Positions 12,166-24,689 of a stretch of 64,000 bases of DNA are shown here, in pieces. This DNA is from Camelus dromedarius (lineage: Eukaryota). The notes under the pieces were generated by a model that made no database searches, was not told where the DNA came from, and saw nothing but the letters and a program-made list of their open reading frames with translations. Position numbers and translations under genes: made by a program. Position 1 is the stretch's first letter. Each line of letters starts with the position of its first letter. The DNA lies in the NCBI RefSeq assembly GCF_036321535.1, contig NC_087437.1, positions 39,434,001-39,498,000 of the forward strand, read 5' to 3'.

Positions 12166-15100
12166 AACTGTGCAGGGTAAGTTCCCCTCTTAATAGTAAT
12201 ATCATTGACCACAATAATAACAGTGACCTGATCTTGCAGTCTTACTGAATACAGAAAGCTGGTCTAAGCCCTGTTGGGTATTAGCTCCATAACTCCTTTT
12301 TTGAGGTAGTTACTTTAATTATTCTGTTATTTATATAAAGCCAATCTGCAGTCTCTTCTAAATACTGTCTTGTGCAGGGCAGAATGTTCCAAGTTAAAAA
12401 AAAAATCAAAACATGGAAAGTGACAGTGGAAAATTTAACGTGATCTATTTGAAATTAGAGGCCCTTTCAGAAAATTGAGAATTATGAATTACAGTTCTTC
12501 CTTCTATGATATGTCTTTATATTCCTGAAGCAAAGTAAAAGAAATTTACATATTTAATATTTATCAAAGAAACATGTCCAAAAGGCTAAGTCATCCCTCT
12601 AGTATTCACGTCTTTGAGTAGAATAAGTTGTCTAAATATTGAAATTGCCCAGAATTCTAAATATCTATACTGTTATTTTTACTAGAAGATAAATGGTTAT
12701 TGGTATTTGGAACAAAGTTTCTAATACTATTTGCCTAGTTCCTAAAAGAATGGTGTTATAAGAATATTTGCTTCCTATCTGGGTTGAAGAAGAGGTGAGG
12801 ATGTCGCACTCTTTGGGGAATCATACAATGGGCTTCCTGAACTAGAGGGCTGAGATGTCTGGGAAGGTTGATTCAAGAATGTCTTTGACCATTTTTGAGT
12901 AACATGGTGTGGAAATTGATGGACTAGAGAAAAGAATGGATAGCATGGATCGTGTCTAAATGTGTGATCAGATGAGCGTTAGAAACATGAGCCCATCTTA
13001 TTCTTTCCCATTTGTCTTAAGCTCCTGCAAACCCCAAGCCAAGGGAACTCCGCCCTACCATTATGGTACAAAATATGTTGTGGTAATAAATTAGACAAGT
13101 CACTATATTCTTTCAGTTCCTGTCTTTAAATCAGAAGCTTTATCATGAGGAATTTACTGCTCTTTTAGCATTGTTCTTAAGGGCGATTTGCCCCTGTGAC
13201 TCCCAGCAAAAGTCAGCATTTTCTGTCAATATGGGAGGGAAGTGAGAGTGGGGTGGAGGAAAAGAAAGTGCGGAAAAGAAAAACCAAGACTTCTGACCTC
13301 TAGAGTGTTGGGCAAATATGTTAGCAATGTTTAAAATAATAGAATCCAAGGCTTGAAAAGACCTTAAAAACCCCATAGTCAGTTCTCACTCAGTGAAGCA
13401 ATTATTTTTGTAACCATATGTCTGCTATCCCTCCAACCTCTTCTTGAATGCCCTATGTAATTCTTGACTCTCAATCTGTTCCCTTGCTGTTAGAAATCCT
13501 TTTCTTAAATTAAGACGAGTGCTAAACTCCATAGAACTTCCAGTCTTTGGGAAATAAGCCTTGTCACGTCTCTGCTTGACAGTCTTCCAAACGGTTGAAG
13601 CCAGCTTTAATGTTTCATCACGCTTTTTCCCTCCAGGTGGAAAAGCATCAGTGCTTTAATCACTCCTGTTATCATTTGCGAAGCAACTTTGAAAGTGTCC
13701 CAGTTAACAGTGAGTCCTCGTAATTGCCAACGCTGTAGCTACTGTGTGAAATACATTATTATATAAAACTAATTGCCTTTCATAAATATTTAAGTTATAA
13801 TTTTGTGTGTGTCAAATCATCTGTAATCTCAACCCTAAGATAACCACTGTTTACATTTTCATGTGCTTCTTTTCATCTTAATGTATTTCATATCATTTTT
13901 ATAGAGCAGATTAGATATATACTTTTGAGCCCTGCTTTGTTTCTAATGTTAGGTTTCAACAATTTCCTGTCTCCTTAACACTCTTTGAGAAGCTGCTCGC
14001 AGTAATTCATCTTAAATCTAGGAGTCTAGATTCTGTCCTGATTATATCTTCTTCTTGACCCCTTCACCCTAAGTATCTGCAGAAATTCTTTATGAAGCAC
14101 GTAGTCCACATCAGGACTATGGCTCTAAAGACTTGAAGTACTTGGCAGGTAATCACTGATAACACAACACTTCAGGTACAATAGAAAGCCAGTGCTGTTT
14201 TATTCAGAAAGTTGGTTTAAACTGAGAACACTTCTCTCTCCTTTGTTGACCAAGTCTTCCTTACTGAAAAGACACTTCTGAAGCAGATAAAGAAATTTAC
14301 ACTCTCTATTCATGAGGTATTTACTCTTTGTATTCTCCTGATGACACACTGAAGGCCATTAGCCAAGGAGACTCTCTCCTGATGACAGAGGTGGATCCCC
14401 AGTGAAAGGAACCAAGTGAAGGTAAAGCCGCACGAGTCTTGGTAACCATAGTTACTCCAAGTCTAAGATTATAAATGTATTGTTTCCACTATGAAAGATG
14501 CATTAACATTCCTTTATGGCCAGTCTTCGAAACCTTGTTATCATGGCTAGCCTGTTTACTTACTTATCTCTTAAGGGATGGCTAGGCTTAATTAACACTT
14601 AAACATTAACCTTGAAGATATGTCCTGGGAGGGCCAGAGACAGGGGACAGAGTTCTTTGAAAATGAGATGGAGTAATCTCAAAAAAATGCTCAGATTCTG
14701 AGAGGTGCAAAAACCTTATCTTATGAGCCTCTTCAAGAATTTGCTCCTACCGACCCAGGAAATTCTGGAAATGACCTCCTACATCACTAAACATGCACCT
14801 GAATGAAGTGAAGGGTGAAATGGGGGCACTTTGGAAAGTAATCCTTAAAAATAAAATTCCTATATACTTTGCAGCTAATCATTCATCTAGTTGTAGCAGA
14901 TGTTTTCTTGTAAATGGTAAGAAATATTCACAGTAAACCACTGGAGTGATTCATATATTCATAATAATGAAGTAGAATGTTCTTTAATGACTAGGCTGTC
15001 ACCATATTTGGGGAAATGGCTTCCTCAGGTATTTTTTTCTCCCTTGGTAGCAAACATCCTGAAAACCACACAATTCTGTCATCTGCATGAGACAATGGCT

Positions 15101-15399
15101 ATCGTAAACCACTATCCAGATGATAAAAGCTTTGTAGTGTTGCTATTTCCATGGGTTTTTTTGAAGAGAGAGTTCCAGTATGAGCTGTCCCTAACTATTC
15201 ATAATAAATTTCCAAGGTTAGGAGTTTTCAACTGGCTTTCCAAAAATATTATAAACTCTAGTGTTAGCCTTATTTGAGATCTTTTCTAAAGTTTCTTCCT
15301 GCCTTCTAAAACAAGGAGAAGCTTAATTCTCAGCCAAGCAGGACTGTATCAGTTAATATGATAACTCCCCAACATGACATCACATGCTTACCTGACTCC

Positions 15400-15692
15400 T
15401 ATGTGTCTGCAGAATTTCGCTTAAACATAATTTTCTTGATGAAACTTTCTGTTTTCCTGCACTAAGTTAACTAGCCCACCACCCCACTCCCTCATCATGT
15501 TTTACACCCTCATATTACCCTCAGTTTCTTCATGACTTAGCACGCTTTTAATCCTTCCTCAATACCTGTCTTCTCCACCAACTTTAACACTGTGTTGAAG
15601 CAGAAACTTTATCTGTTTTCTCAGTGCTGTTTCCTCAGAACCTAGCATAGTGCATTGCACATGACTAGCCCTCCATAAATGTTCATCGAATG
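15400..15692 (+). mobile_element. L2 3'-end fragment
   Basis: tgctgtttcctcagaacctagcatagtgc.ttgcacat...ctccataaatgtt is an L2 terminus. Confidence 0.65.
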
Positions 15693-15744
15693 ACTAGAAT
15701 TGATGCATTAAATATACTCGGAGTTTTTGAAGCATAAGCTTTTA

Positions 15745-16345
15745 CATAACTCCCTATTTCTGGAGTGTGGGCTGTGTATAGTGACTTCTTGCCAAAGAAT
15801 ATAGCATGAAAGACAGGGGACAGGAGTAACTTCACAGTGGAGAATTCCGACAAACACTCCATCAGGTAGGTGGTCAAGGTTAAAGTGACAGTGATAAGTC
15901 ATGCTGGTAGTCCATACCCTTGATAGGATGTGGTGAAAAAGATACCTTAGTTCTGTGACCTTCCCCCTAAAGCTCATCACCACCATGAGGAACAGCATGA
16001 GTCAAATTCCACAAAATACCCGACCTGTACTCCTCAAAATGATCAGCGTCATCAAAAATAAGGAAAGTCAGAAATTATCACTACCAAGAGGATCCTAAGG
16101 AAACATGACAACTAAATGTAACATGGTGCCCTGGGTGGGATAAGACACTGGGTAAAAACTAAGAAATCTGAGTAAAGTATGTGTTTGGTCAGTAATAATG
16201 TATCAATATCAGTTCATTGGTTGTGACAAGTGTGCCCTACTATAGTTAAGATGGTAACAGAGGAAACTGTGTAGAGGAATACTCTGTAGTAGGTTTGCAA
16301 TTTTTCCTTAAATCTAAAATTGTTCTAGTTTAGAAAGTTTTTAAA
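15745..16345 (+). mobile_element. Ancient L1 3' UTR (L1MC1/2-like)
   Basis: Diagnostic text gtgtgggctg...tagtgacttcttgccaaaga...cagtgataagtcatg...tactcctcaaaa...gacaactaaatgtaacatggtgccctgg...aaatctaaaattgttct. Confidence 0.8.
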
Positions 16346-16439
16346 TGACTCTTCAAACCTTAGAAATTTTATGAGATTAAAATTCTTGTGGTCATGAGTT
16401 GAATTCTATTTACTTTCATTGTTCTGAAAAGAATAGGGA

Positions 16440-16889
16440 CTACATTAGTTTTCTAGGGCTGCTGTAACAAAGTACCACCAACTGTGTGGTTTAAACAACA
16501 ACATTTTCCTCTTATTTTTGGTAGATAGAAGCCTGTGACCAAGACGTCATCAGGGCTGGTTCCTTCTGAGGGCTGTGAAGGAAAACCTGTTCCTTACCTC
16601 TTGCTGAGCTTCTGAGCGTTTGCTGGCAATCCCTGGCATCCCTTAGCCTGTAGATACATCACCTTCATCTCTGCTGTCATCTTCGTGTGGTGTTCTCCCC
16701 ACAGACATATCTGCTTCTGTCTGAATGTTTGTTTTATAAGGACCCTAGTCATTACTGGATTAGGGTTGACACTAATAACCTCAACTTAAATCATCTGCCA
16801 AGACCCTATTCTCAAATAAGGTCACATTCATAGGTACTGGATGTTATGATTTCAATATCTCTTGGAGGGATACTGTTCAACCTATAACA
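16440..16889 (-). mobile_element. MaLR solo LTR (MLT1B/C-like)
   Basis: attagttttctagggctgctgtaacaaagtaccac...ggcaatccctggcatcccttagcctgtaga...caaataaggtcacattc...ttcaacctataaca. Confidence 0.85.
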
Positions 16890-17544
16890 AACACAATCTT
16901 TGAATTCTAAATTTCTGTTCATCTAGGAAGTCACCTTACTCATGAGGTTATCATATGAAAGTGGTAGAGAAGGACAGTACTAAAATTGTCTTGTAAGCCT
17001 GGAACTGCTACTTGCTGACAGTGATCTTGGACTTAACCAACTATTGACCCTTTTGTAGGGCCAGATTTCAGGCTGTACTGCATTTGAGTTGACACAATCA
17101 TAGCTAAAGCTACAGATAGAACTTTTAGCTACTTACATTAACAAGAATTTAAAACTCAAATGAATATAAGTATATTGGACTTCTATACGCATATTTCTCT
17201 CTTCTTGTCCCCACTCCACTTGTCCATCTTCCCCACTTCCAACCATACTCAATAGTCAAAGTGTTCTAATATGATTATAAAGCACAGAAACTGACCAATC
17301 ATAAAGAATTTCAAAACACCTGCTCAGCCCAGCCAGGCCTTTTGGGGATGATATGCAGGTAATCAGGAGCACTGCCTGTGGAGTAAACCGCGGGCCGCTC
17401 AGCCAACCAGACTTGTAAACCCCCTTATGCAGGCAGTTACCCTATCCACCTCACCCCTGTTACAATGGGTGTCCTGCTATCACTCCTTTTAAGGTGAATT
17501 TCTCCATTTGGGCTTCAAATCACATCACTTCAAAAAGTCACAAA

Positions 17545-18535
17545 GTAAACAATATAAATAAGTAAAATATGTATTTTAGACAGTATGTTAGGTAGTAATC
17601 ACTATTAAGGATAAAAAATAAAGCATGGAAAGGCAATATGAAATGTTAGTCTATGAAATTCTAGATGAGGTTTCCAGGGATGGTCTCACTGAGAAGGTAA
17701 CTACAGAGCAAAGAACTAAAAGAAATGGGAAATTCAGACGTGTGGATACCAGCAGGGAGACAACCAACAGTGTCCCAGGCAGAGGGAAGAGCTAATGTGA
17801 AAGCATGAGGGAGGGAGCGTCCCTAGGATGCTTGAGGACCAGGCAGCTGGAACAGAGAGGATGGAGGGGAGAACACTGAGAGGTGACATCAAAGAGCTGT
17901 CAGGAAACCAGATCATTTAGGAGGTTGTTCAACATAATATTTTGGTTTTTACTTGGAGTGATGTGGACATCCATTGAACTTTTTTTGAAAAGAGGAATAA
18001 CAGGAAAATGATTATGCTTTCTGGGTAGAGAATAAATTATGGTGAACTAGGGGCAGATAAGGGAGACTATTGTGTTAATCTTGGCAAGAGAAGATGGTGT
18101 CCAGGATGTCAAGATTGAAGTGGGAAGAAGTTGTTAGTTGTTAATTTTGGATGTAATCTCATACAGAACAAAGAATTTGCTGATACAACGCATGTGGAGA
18201 GTGAGAAAGAGAGTTTAAAAAGAGCAAGATTTATGAAAGAATTGATTGCTATTTACCTGAGTTGGGAATGACTAAAGAAAGAGTTAGAACTTTATTGGGG
18301 AGAGGCAGATATCAGGAGGCCAGTTAAGTTTGAGATACCTATTAGATTTTCAAATGAAGATGTCAGATAGGTTCTTGGAGAGTTGAGTTCAAGATTTAGG
18401 GAAAAATTCCAGGGTGGAGACTTAGGGTTCAGAGCCATTGGCATATAGATGGTATTTCACACATGAGACTAGATAAAGTGACCTAAGCAGTTAGTGTAGG
18501 AAGAAAAGACAAGTGTTCCAAGGACTGTGCCCCCC
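17545..18535 (-). mobile_element. L2 LINE fragment (~1 kb)
   Basis: Purine-rich reverse-complement L2 text (agggatggtctcactgagaaggtaac..., ttaagtttgagatacctattaga...tgtcagatagg). Confidence 0.75.
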
Positions 18536-18639
18536 AACAACTCTTAATTTTTAACCTTCCTCTGATGTTCCTCCTGTGTATTTTCTGCAGACTAATCTCC
18601 TTTACAAATAACCATTAACGGTTGGCCTTGCTCAACTGT

Positions 18640-19925
18640 ATGTCAAATTTATAAAGCTACAGTCATTTAAAGAGCATAGTATTGGTTGATAAAGATATAA
18701 GTCAATCAAATGAAGAGCATCAAGATTCTCGCCAACAGACAGATGCATATATGGGCACGTGATTTCCAACAACAGTGGTACTACAGCAGAGGGGAAAGGT
18801 GGGCTTTTCAAAACATGATATTGGGAAAATTGGCTGTGCCTAGGAAAAATAAAAGAAACTTAACCTTATTTCACACTGTACACAAACACCAGTTCTGTAT
18901 GTATTATAGACTTAAATGTGAAAGGTAAAACAAAAACGCATCTAGAAGATAATACAGAAGAATATATTCATAGTCTTACTGTAAGTGAAAACTTAAGTGG
19001 AAAACAAAAGCACTAATTATAAGGAAAAGAGTAATAAATGAGGATATAGACTAAAACTGAACACTTCCGTTCATCAAAGTATACGGTCAAGAGAGTTAAA
19101 AACAAACCACCAAGAAGAGAGACACATGTTACTGGCAAAGAGGTTTTTTTCAGTTTGTGCAAAGAACTCTCACCTAGGTATAAGAGACAGGCAGACAACT
19201 CAACAGAAAAAGAAAAAAAGATAACTGAAAAGGCATCACATACACACACAATGGTAGCAAATATCCAGTAAATAGATACAATATATGAAAAGATATTTAG
19301 CTCATTAGTAATTCAGAAAGTACAAACTGAGATCACCTAATGAACGGCTAAATCTTAGAATACTGATAATAATAAATATTAGGGGGCAATGGGAATTCTC
19401 ATACACTAGTATGGGGTAGTATATTACTACAACTACTCTGGGGAAATGTATCTGCTAAAGCTAACCATATTTTATGACCCTATAATTTTACCCTTTAATA
19501 TATACCCAAGATAATGCAGAACATGCATGCCAGGAGAATGCACAAAAATGTCCTTAGCAAGATTATTTACCATAGTCAAAACTGGAACAATGTCCTTTAA
19601 CAGTACAGCTAAATAACTTGTGGCATATTCATGAATGGATGGGTGTAATGTTGAATGAAACAGGCCAGGAATTAAATATATATGTATATACTATATGACT
19701 CAATATAAATAACATTTAAAACCAGGAAAGACTGGAGTTTTTAACAATACGGGCTTTGGTACTAAGAAAAGCAAGGAAATTATTATCTTAACGTTCAAAG
19801 TATTGGTGATTTTGATGGGGGAGAGAGTGAGGGAGAGGGGGCACATAGGAGCCTCCTGGGTACTGACAATATTGTGTTTTGGTTGTAATGATAGTTACAT
19901 GGGTATTTATTTTGTGATAAGTGAT
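18640..19925 (+). mobile_element. Ancient L1 (L1M) ORF2 3' part and 3' UTR, degenerate
   Basis: tataaagctacagtcatttaaagagcatagtattgg..., gacttaaatgtgaaaggtaaaac..., gggaattctcatacact...; heavily interrupted reading frames. Confidence 0.75.
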
Positions 19926-20271
19926 AATTACACTCTCAGAAAAGAAAAAATAGTTGAATTAGTAAACTAAAAGATCAGCTACAAATTGTTGCTGAATTTC
20001 CCAAGTTTAAAAAGCCTGCTTACTGCAATGTCATATTATATGTTTCTTTTTACTTTATGGGGTCTATTCTAGAAATTGGTAGAGCACTAGAAAAGAAAAC
20101 AAAAGAGGGACACAGAGTAGCATGATCGTATCAGCCCCAGAGGAAAAGCCTGTGATCAGAGACAGCGAATGTTTTCTCACTTGGCAATCCAGTGGATAGG
20201 CATTCTCATTGATCTTGGAACCACACATGAGCCAAAAAGGAAAGCATTTTGAAATCAATTATTAATATTTA

Positions 20272-20626
20272 CTCTCTTAGTCCATACACGCTGCTAGATT
20301 GGAATACCACAGACTGGGGAGCTTATAGCAACAGAAATTCATTTTTCACAGTTCTAAGAGGCTGAAAGTCCAAGATCAAGGAACCAGCATGGTCACTTTC
20401 TGAGAGGACCCTCTTTCTGGTTCATAAGCAGTGTTTCTCTCTTTGTCCTCACATGGTGGAAGGGGCTAGGGAGCCCTGGGGGGCCTCTTTTATAAGGCAC
20501 TAATCCCATTCATGAGGGCTCCACCCTCATGACCTCCCAAAGGTCCTACCTTTTAATACTATCATACTGAGCATTAGAATTTTAACATATGATTTGGGGG
20601 AGGGTGGGCAATTTTCAGACCACAGC
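20272..20626 (-). mobile_element. MaLR solo LTR (MLT1A/MLT1A0-like)
   Basis: tcttagtcca...gctgcta...aataccacagactggg...aagtccaagatcaagg...ggcactaatcccattcatgagggctccaccctcatgacc...cagaccacagc. Confidence 0.88.
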
Positions 20627-21074
20627 CTCTACTGTTAGGAGATGTTTGCCATACTTTTCCTAAATTATACAATTCCCAAGAAACAAATTAACTCCAAATC
20701 CTGCTAAAAGGTGAATTTGGGGAAGTAATGGTTCAGTTAAGCCTTGGCTTAAATAAAAATCTCAAATGCTGTGATATAAACTTAGCCTGCATTTTACCTT
20801 CTGAATAAAAAGAGGGTGTACGTATTTTGAGTATGAGTGTGTGTGCAAGTGGAAGGAATGGAGTGGGGTGGGATGGGAGGTGGAGAATGATTTCTCACTA
20901 ACAGGAAATCATTAAGTACCTACCCAGTAGAGAAGACAGGTTATGTAAAATTGACTTGGAGCACAAAGATTTCTCTCAGAATAATCTTTTTATATTTGTA
21001 TTTAAAAAGTGCTATTGGCTTAGAATAAATATTGGAGACCACTTGGAAAAAATATTGGAAATGGCACCAACTTG

Positions 21075-21440
21075 GAACCAGAGCCTTGGTTTCTAATTTC
21101 AGTTATGTCACTAGTTAGGTGTGCGAAATGATGCAAATTACTTTTCTTCTCTGGACCTTTGCTTCTTCACCTGTCAAGTAAGCAATTAGGACAACGTGTT
21201 CTCTGCATTTCCTTCCAGCTCTAATCGTCTCTAATTCTATGATGGGGACCATTTGATTAAGTGGAAAAACATTAGCATCAGGCCTTTGTGACACAGAATA
21301 TGTTACTTAGCCTTTCTGAGCCTCACTTCCTCATCTGGAAAATGGGGGCAATTATATCTACATCATTTGATTGTGAAAGTTAAAAAGAGATGAAATTTTC
21401 AGTCACTCTGCCTGGCATTTAGGTCTTGATGAACTTTCAA
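21075..21440 (+). mobile_element. Two adjacent MIR-family SINE fragments
   Basis: Core motifs aaattacttttcttctctggaccttt...cacctgtcaa and gttacttagccttttctgagcctcacttcctcatctggaaaatggggg. Confidence 0.65.
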
Positions 21441-22996
21441 AATGGTAAATTATAATTAGGGCTGAAATCATCTGCATAAAATTACCTCACCTGCTTCAGA
21501 CTCCAGGAACTCCCTTTTCTTCTGATCTCAGAACCATTAGTGTCTGGGTGAGCTGTTTGGTAACCCATCCATCATGTGACATCTCCTGCATTTATGTCTT
21601 AAATATTACCTACATATTATATTACATTACTTGTAGTGATAACAGTGGCCATTGACCAGTCACTGACTGTGTGCCAGGCAATCCTCATAGCTGCAATGTA
21701 AAGTAGATATTTCTGTGGTTGAGGGTTAGGGCCAGGTCATATTTCATTAAATACCTCCCCAGCACAAAGCCCAGCACCCTGAATATGGCAGATGCTCATT
21801 ACATGTATTTTTGATTGACTGAAATGTGGCAGTGGGTTCCCTGCATCTCCCTCTAATGTATGTAGTTACTTGATTTATAAGAAATTTCTGTCCCTTGCTG
21901 TGGTCAGCTATTGAATTTATGTTTGACAAGAAAACCATAGAGTTTGGCAACTCTGCAGTGATAGGTGATGTGTGATTCACTTGGGGAAGAATAGACATTT
22001 TCTATTCAGACTTTGAATTCCTGGGTCTTATGGTTAGTTAATCATGTCTATAGGAATGCATGACTGAGCAGACAGAGTCAAAGGTAGGAGCCTTTAATCT
22101 AAATTGCTCCATTGTGTGTTTCCAGATACCATCTTGTTGCCCATTGGTAATATTTTCTAAACCCACTGCTCAAATGCATGCGGTGAATACAGTTTGGTGT
22201 TTGTTCATCTTAAGAGACATTCTGTAATACAGGAAGCAGGGTCCAAGCTGGAAGCAGTGGGTGCCTAAGATCCAGGACATCGTGACCCTTTGGAGCAGCC
22301 AGGAAAGTCCCCCAGTAAGTCACATTTGTCTGTATCCCAAAGAAGCTGCCTGGGTTGGCACACAATGGGAGACGCATGGGAACACGCCCTTCTCAAAAGA
22401 AGCTCCAAGAAGAAATTGGAAGTGGTTCTGGAAGCTTCTCAACAACAGAGGTAGGGGAGAGCTGGCAGGAATCACAGAGAGCCACCATTCCAGCTGCTGC
22501 TCTCAACCCTTGCCCCCAGGAGGCTGGCACAGTAGTTCCTCCTTAAGTAATTACTCCTGGCCTCCGTAAATTGCCCCCAGGTTCCCAGTGGATGTTTTTC
22601 TTCACCCTCCTTATGAAATCACGAGAGTCTGGGCAGCGGTGGGGGCAAGGAAATAGTATGGTAGGTGCTGAACAATCCCGGTTTCACCAGTGGGAGCAAT
22701 GGCCCTGTAAATCCTTTCAAAGAGGGCCCACCAGCTCCTTCAGAAGGAAGAGGCAGCCAGTGACATGAATACGATTATTGTAATAGAGCAAAATGTGTGA
22801 CTCATGGGGATTCGGTTAAATCCAGTAAAAGTGAATGCTACAGTTAACCCATATCCCTGGGGAGTACTAACCCTGAAGCAGACTTATTAATTAGGGCTTC
22901 TGAGGGGCACAGCAAGGGCAAGGGTAGAGGGGCTTTTTTAGTTACAGAGACAGAGCTCCATTCTAATCCACTTCTTTCCATAGGGGCAACTCTGGT

Positions 22997-23150
22997 GTGT
23001 ATATATATATATATATATATTTTTTTTTTTTTAATTGAGATATAGTCAGTTACAATGTGTCAATTTCTGGTGTACAGCATAATGTCCCAGTCATGCATAT
23101 ATATGCATATGTTCATTTTCATATTTTTTCATTAAAGGTTATTACAAGAT
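22997..23150 (-). mobile_element. 5'-truncated lineage-specific L1 3' end with poly(T) grading into (TA)n
   Basis: (ta)n then T-run, then aattgagatatagtcagttacaatgtgtcaatttctggtgtacagcataat...ggttattacaagat; similar to the 3' end of the full-length L1 at 29240-29380. Confidence 0.8.
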
Positions 23151-23814
23151 TTAAAAAAAAATCAAACAGTTTGAGCTACATTCACACCAGATCTCTGTCG
23201 TGCCAAAGAGCATTTTCAATTCAAAAGGAGAGTAGAAAAAAAGTTTTTTAAATGAATCAGTAGGTGGAGCTCTTTCTTTTCATTTATTTTTCAATCCCAG
23301 GTCTCATTTTTAGTGAGGGACACAGAACTTTTGAATAAAAACACAGGCATTTTAAAAATGAAAATGCATATACGATGTGCTTTCCTAATTGAAAGGGTAT
23401 ATTGTGAAATCATTACTGTCACAGAACATTTGCGTTGCATGCGAATGCTTAAGCAAAGAAAATATATAAACCTAAAATGACTTTAGCAATTTGAAAGTGA
23501 TAGTGGACATCTGTGTTCAATAACTTTTTGCTGGTAACTGGTGTTTAATATTTCATGTCAAATCAAGAAGAGTGATAGAAGGTTTTCGAACACAGAGATG
23601 GTTGGCATTTTTGCAACACAGCCTGCCCTTTGTCATATTCACCATAAAGAAACCTGCTGTAGTGAGGGTTGAAACTGCACCAGAGCGACTCCTTTTTCGG
23701 AATTTATATAAACTTACAAAATACACGGGTTTCTATTTTCCTTGAGAAGGATGTCTATAAGAAAAAAAGGTTAAAAGACTTCTAAAGCTTATTATTTATT
23801 TAAGAGAAAAAGGG

Positions 23815-23820
23815 GTGTGT

Positions 23821-23860
<40 letters not shown>
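23815..23860. repeat. (GT)n microsatellite
   Basis: About 23 units with one GA interruption, followed by a G-run. Confidence 0.97.
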
Positions 23861-23861
<1 letters not shown>

Positions 23862-24689
23862 GGGGGGGTGGCGGGTTGTAAGAAATTACAGAAGAATAAA
23901 TCATCTTGAACAAATCTTACCTTTGTGTTTTCATCAGTCCTGATTCTTTCCTAGTCTGTGTGCAGTGATGTTTGGGAGCTTGGTTGCCAATAGAAACATA
24001 CCTTCCCAAGGCTCACAATGAAGTATGTCTAGATAGTCTTTTAATGTTTATGTAGTTGGGTAGGATGGGGGTGGAGAGTGGAGAGTAGGGAGCAAGAGCT
24101 TTTAACTTTATAACTTTACAATTTCTTTTTTCCGCATCACCTTAGGCATGCAATCTTGATTCTAAATGCACATTTGTCTTAGCAACAAATGTGATAAAAG
24201 GAAGGACTGAGGGGACAGCTTTATTCTTTGAGCTGACCACAAGATTAGCACTTAGTCCTGAAAATGGTCACGTTAACCTACTAATTATAAGGCATGCTGG
24301 CCTCAACATCTTCTATTCAATTCTTAGGAGGCTGGACCCTGTAAACTGCTTTGAGTGGCATATAATACAAAGTAAAATAAGAAGGCTCATAGAGGTTGAG
24401 ATGCTCTAGACATCTAAGCATATTCATGTTGATATAACAGGACTGTATATCTATACAAGGACATATTCCCCTTCCCTCCCCTAAAACTAATGTGGTCCTA
24501 GAAGGACCAGATCCTGATGCAGGCATATGCTCTTCTTTATTCTAAAGAAACTAATTCTAGCAGCAAAGAAACAAGATGTGGAGAGAATCTAGAAAACTAC
24601 ATTAACTTGTCTGTGTGCTAAAAATTAATCTAATTTAGGTTCAGGAATAGAAAGAAATAAGATTAAGTGAGTTATTTTTTAATAGAAAA

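Noticed and set aside
14335..14410. Repeated tctcctgatgaca with CTGATGA...GAAA (hammerhead-like core or C/D-box snoRNA)
   Set aside because: No stem II closes between CUGAUGA and GAAA, no stems I/III, and no terminal stem or adequate length for a snoRNA.
20855..20890. G-rich run resembling a G-quadruplex
   Set aside because: Only three runs of 3 or more G; not a canonical four-tract motif.
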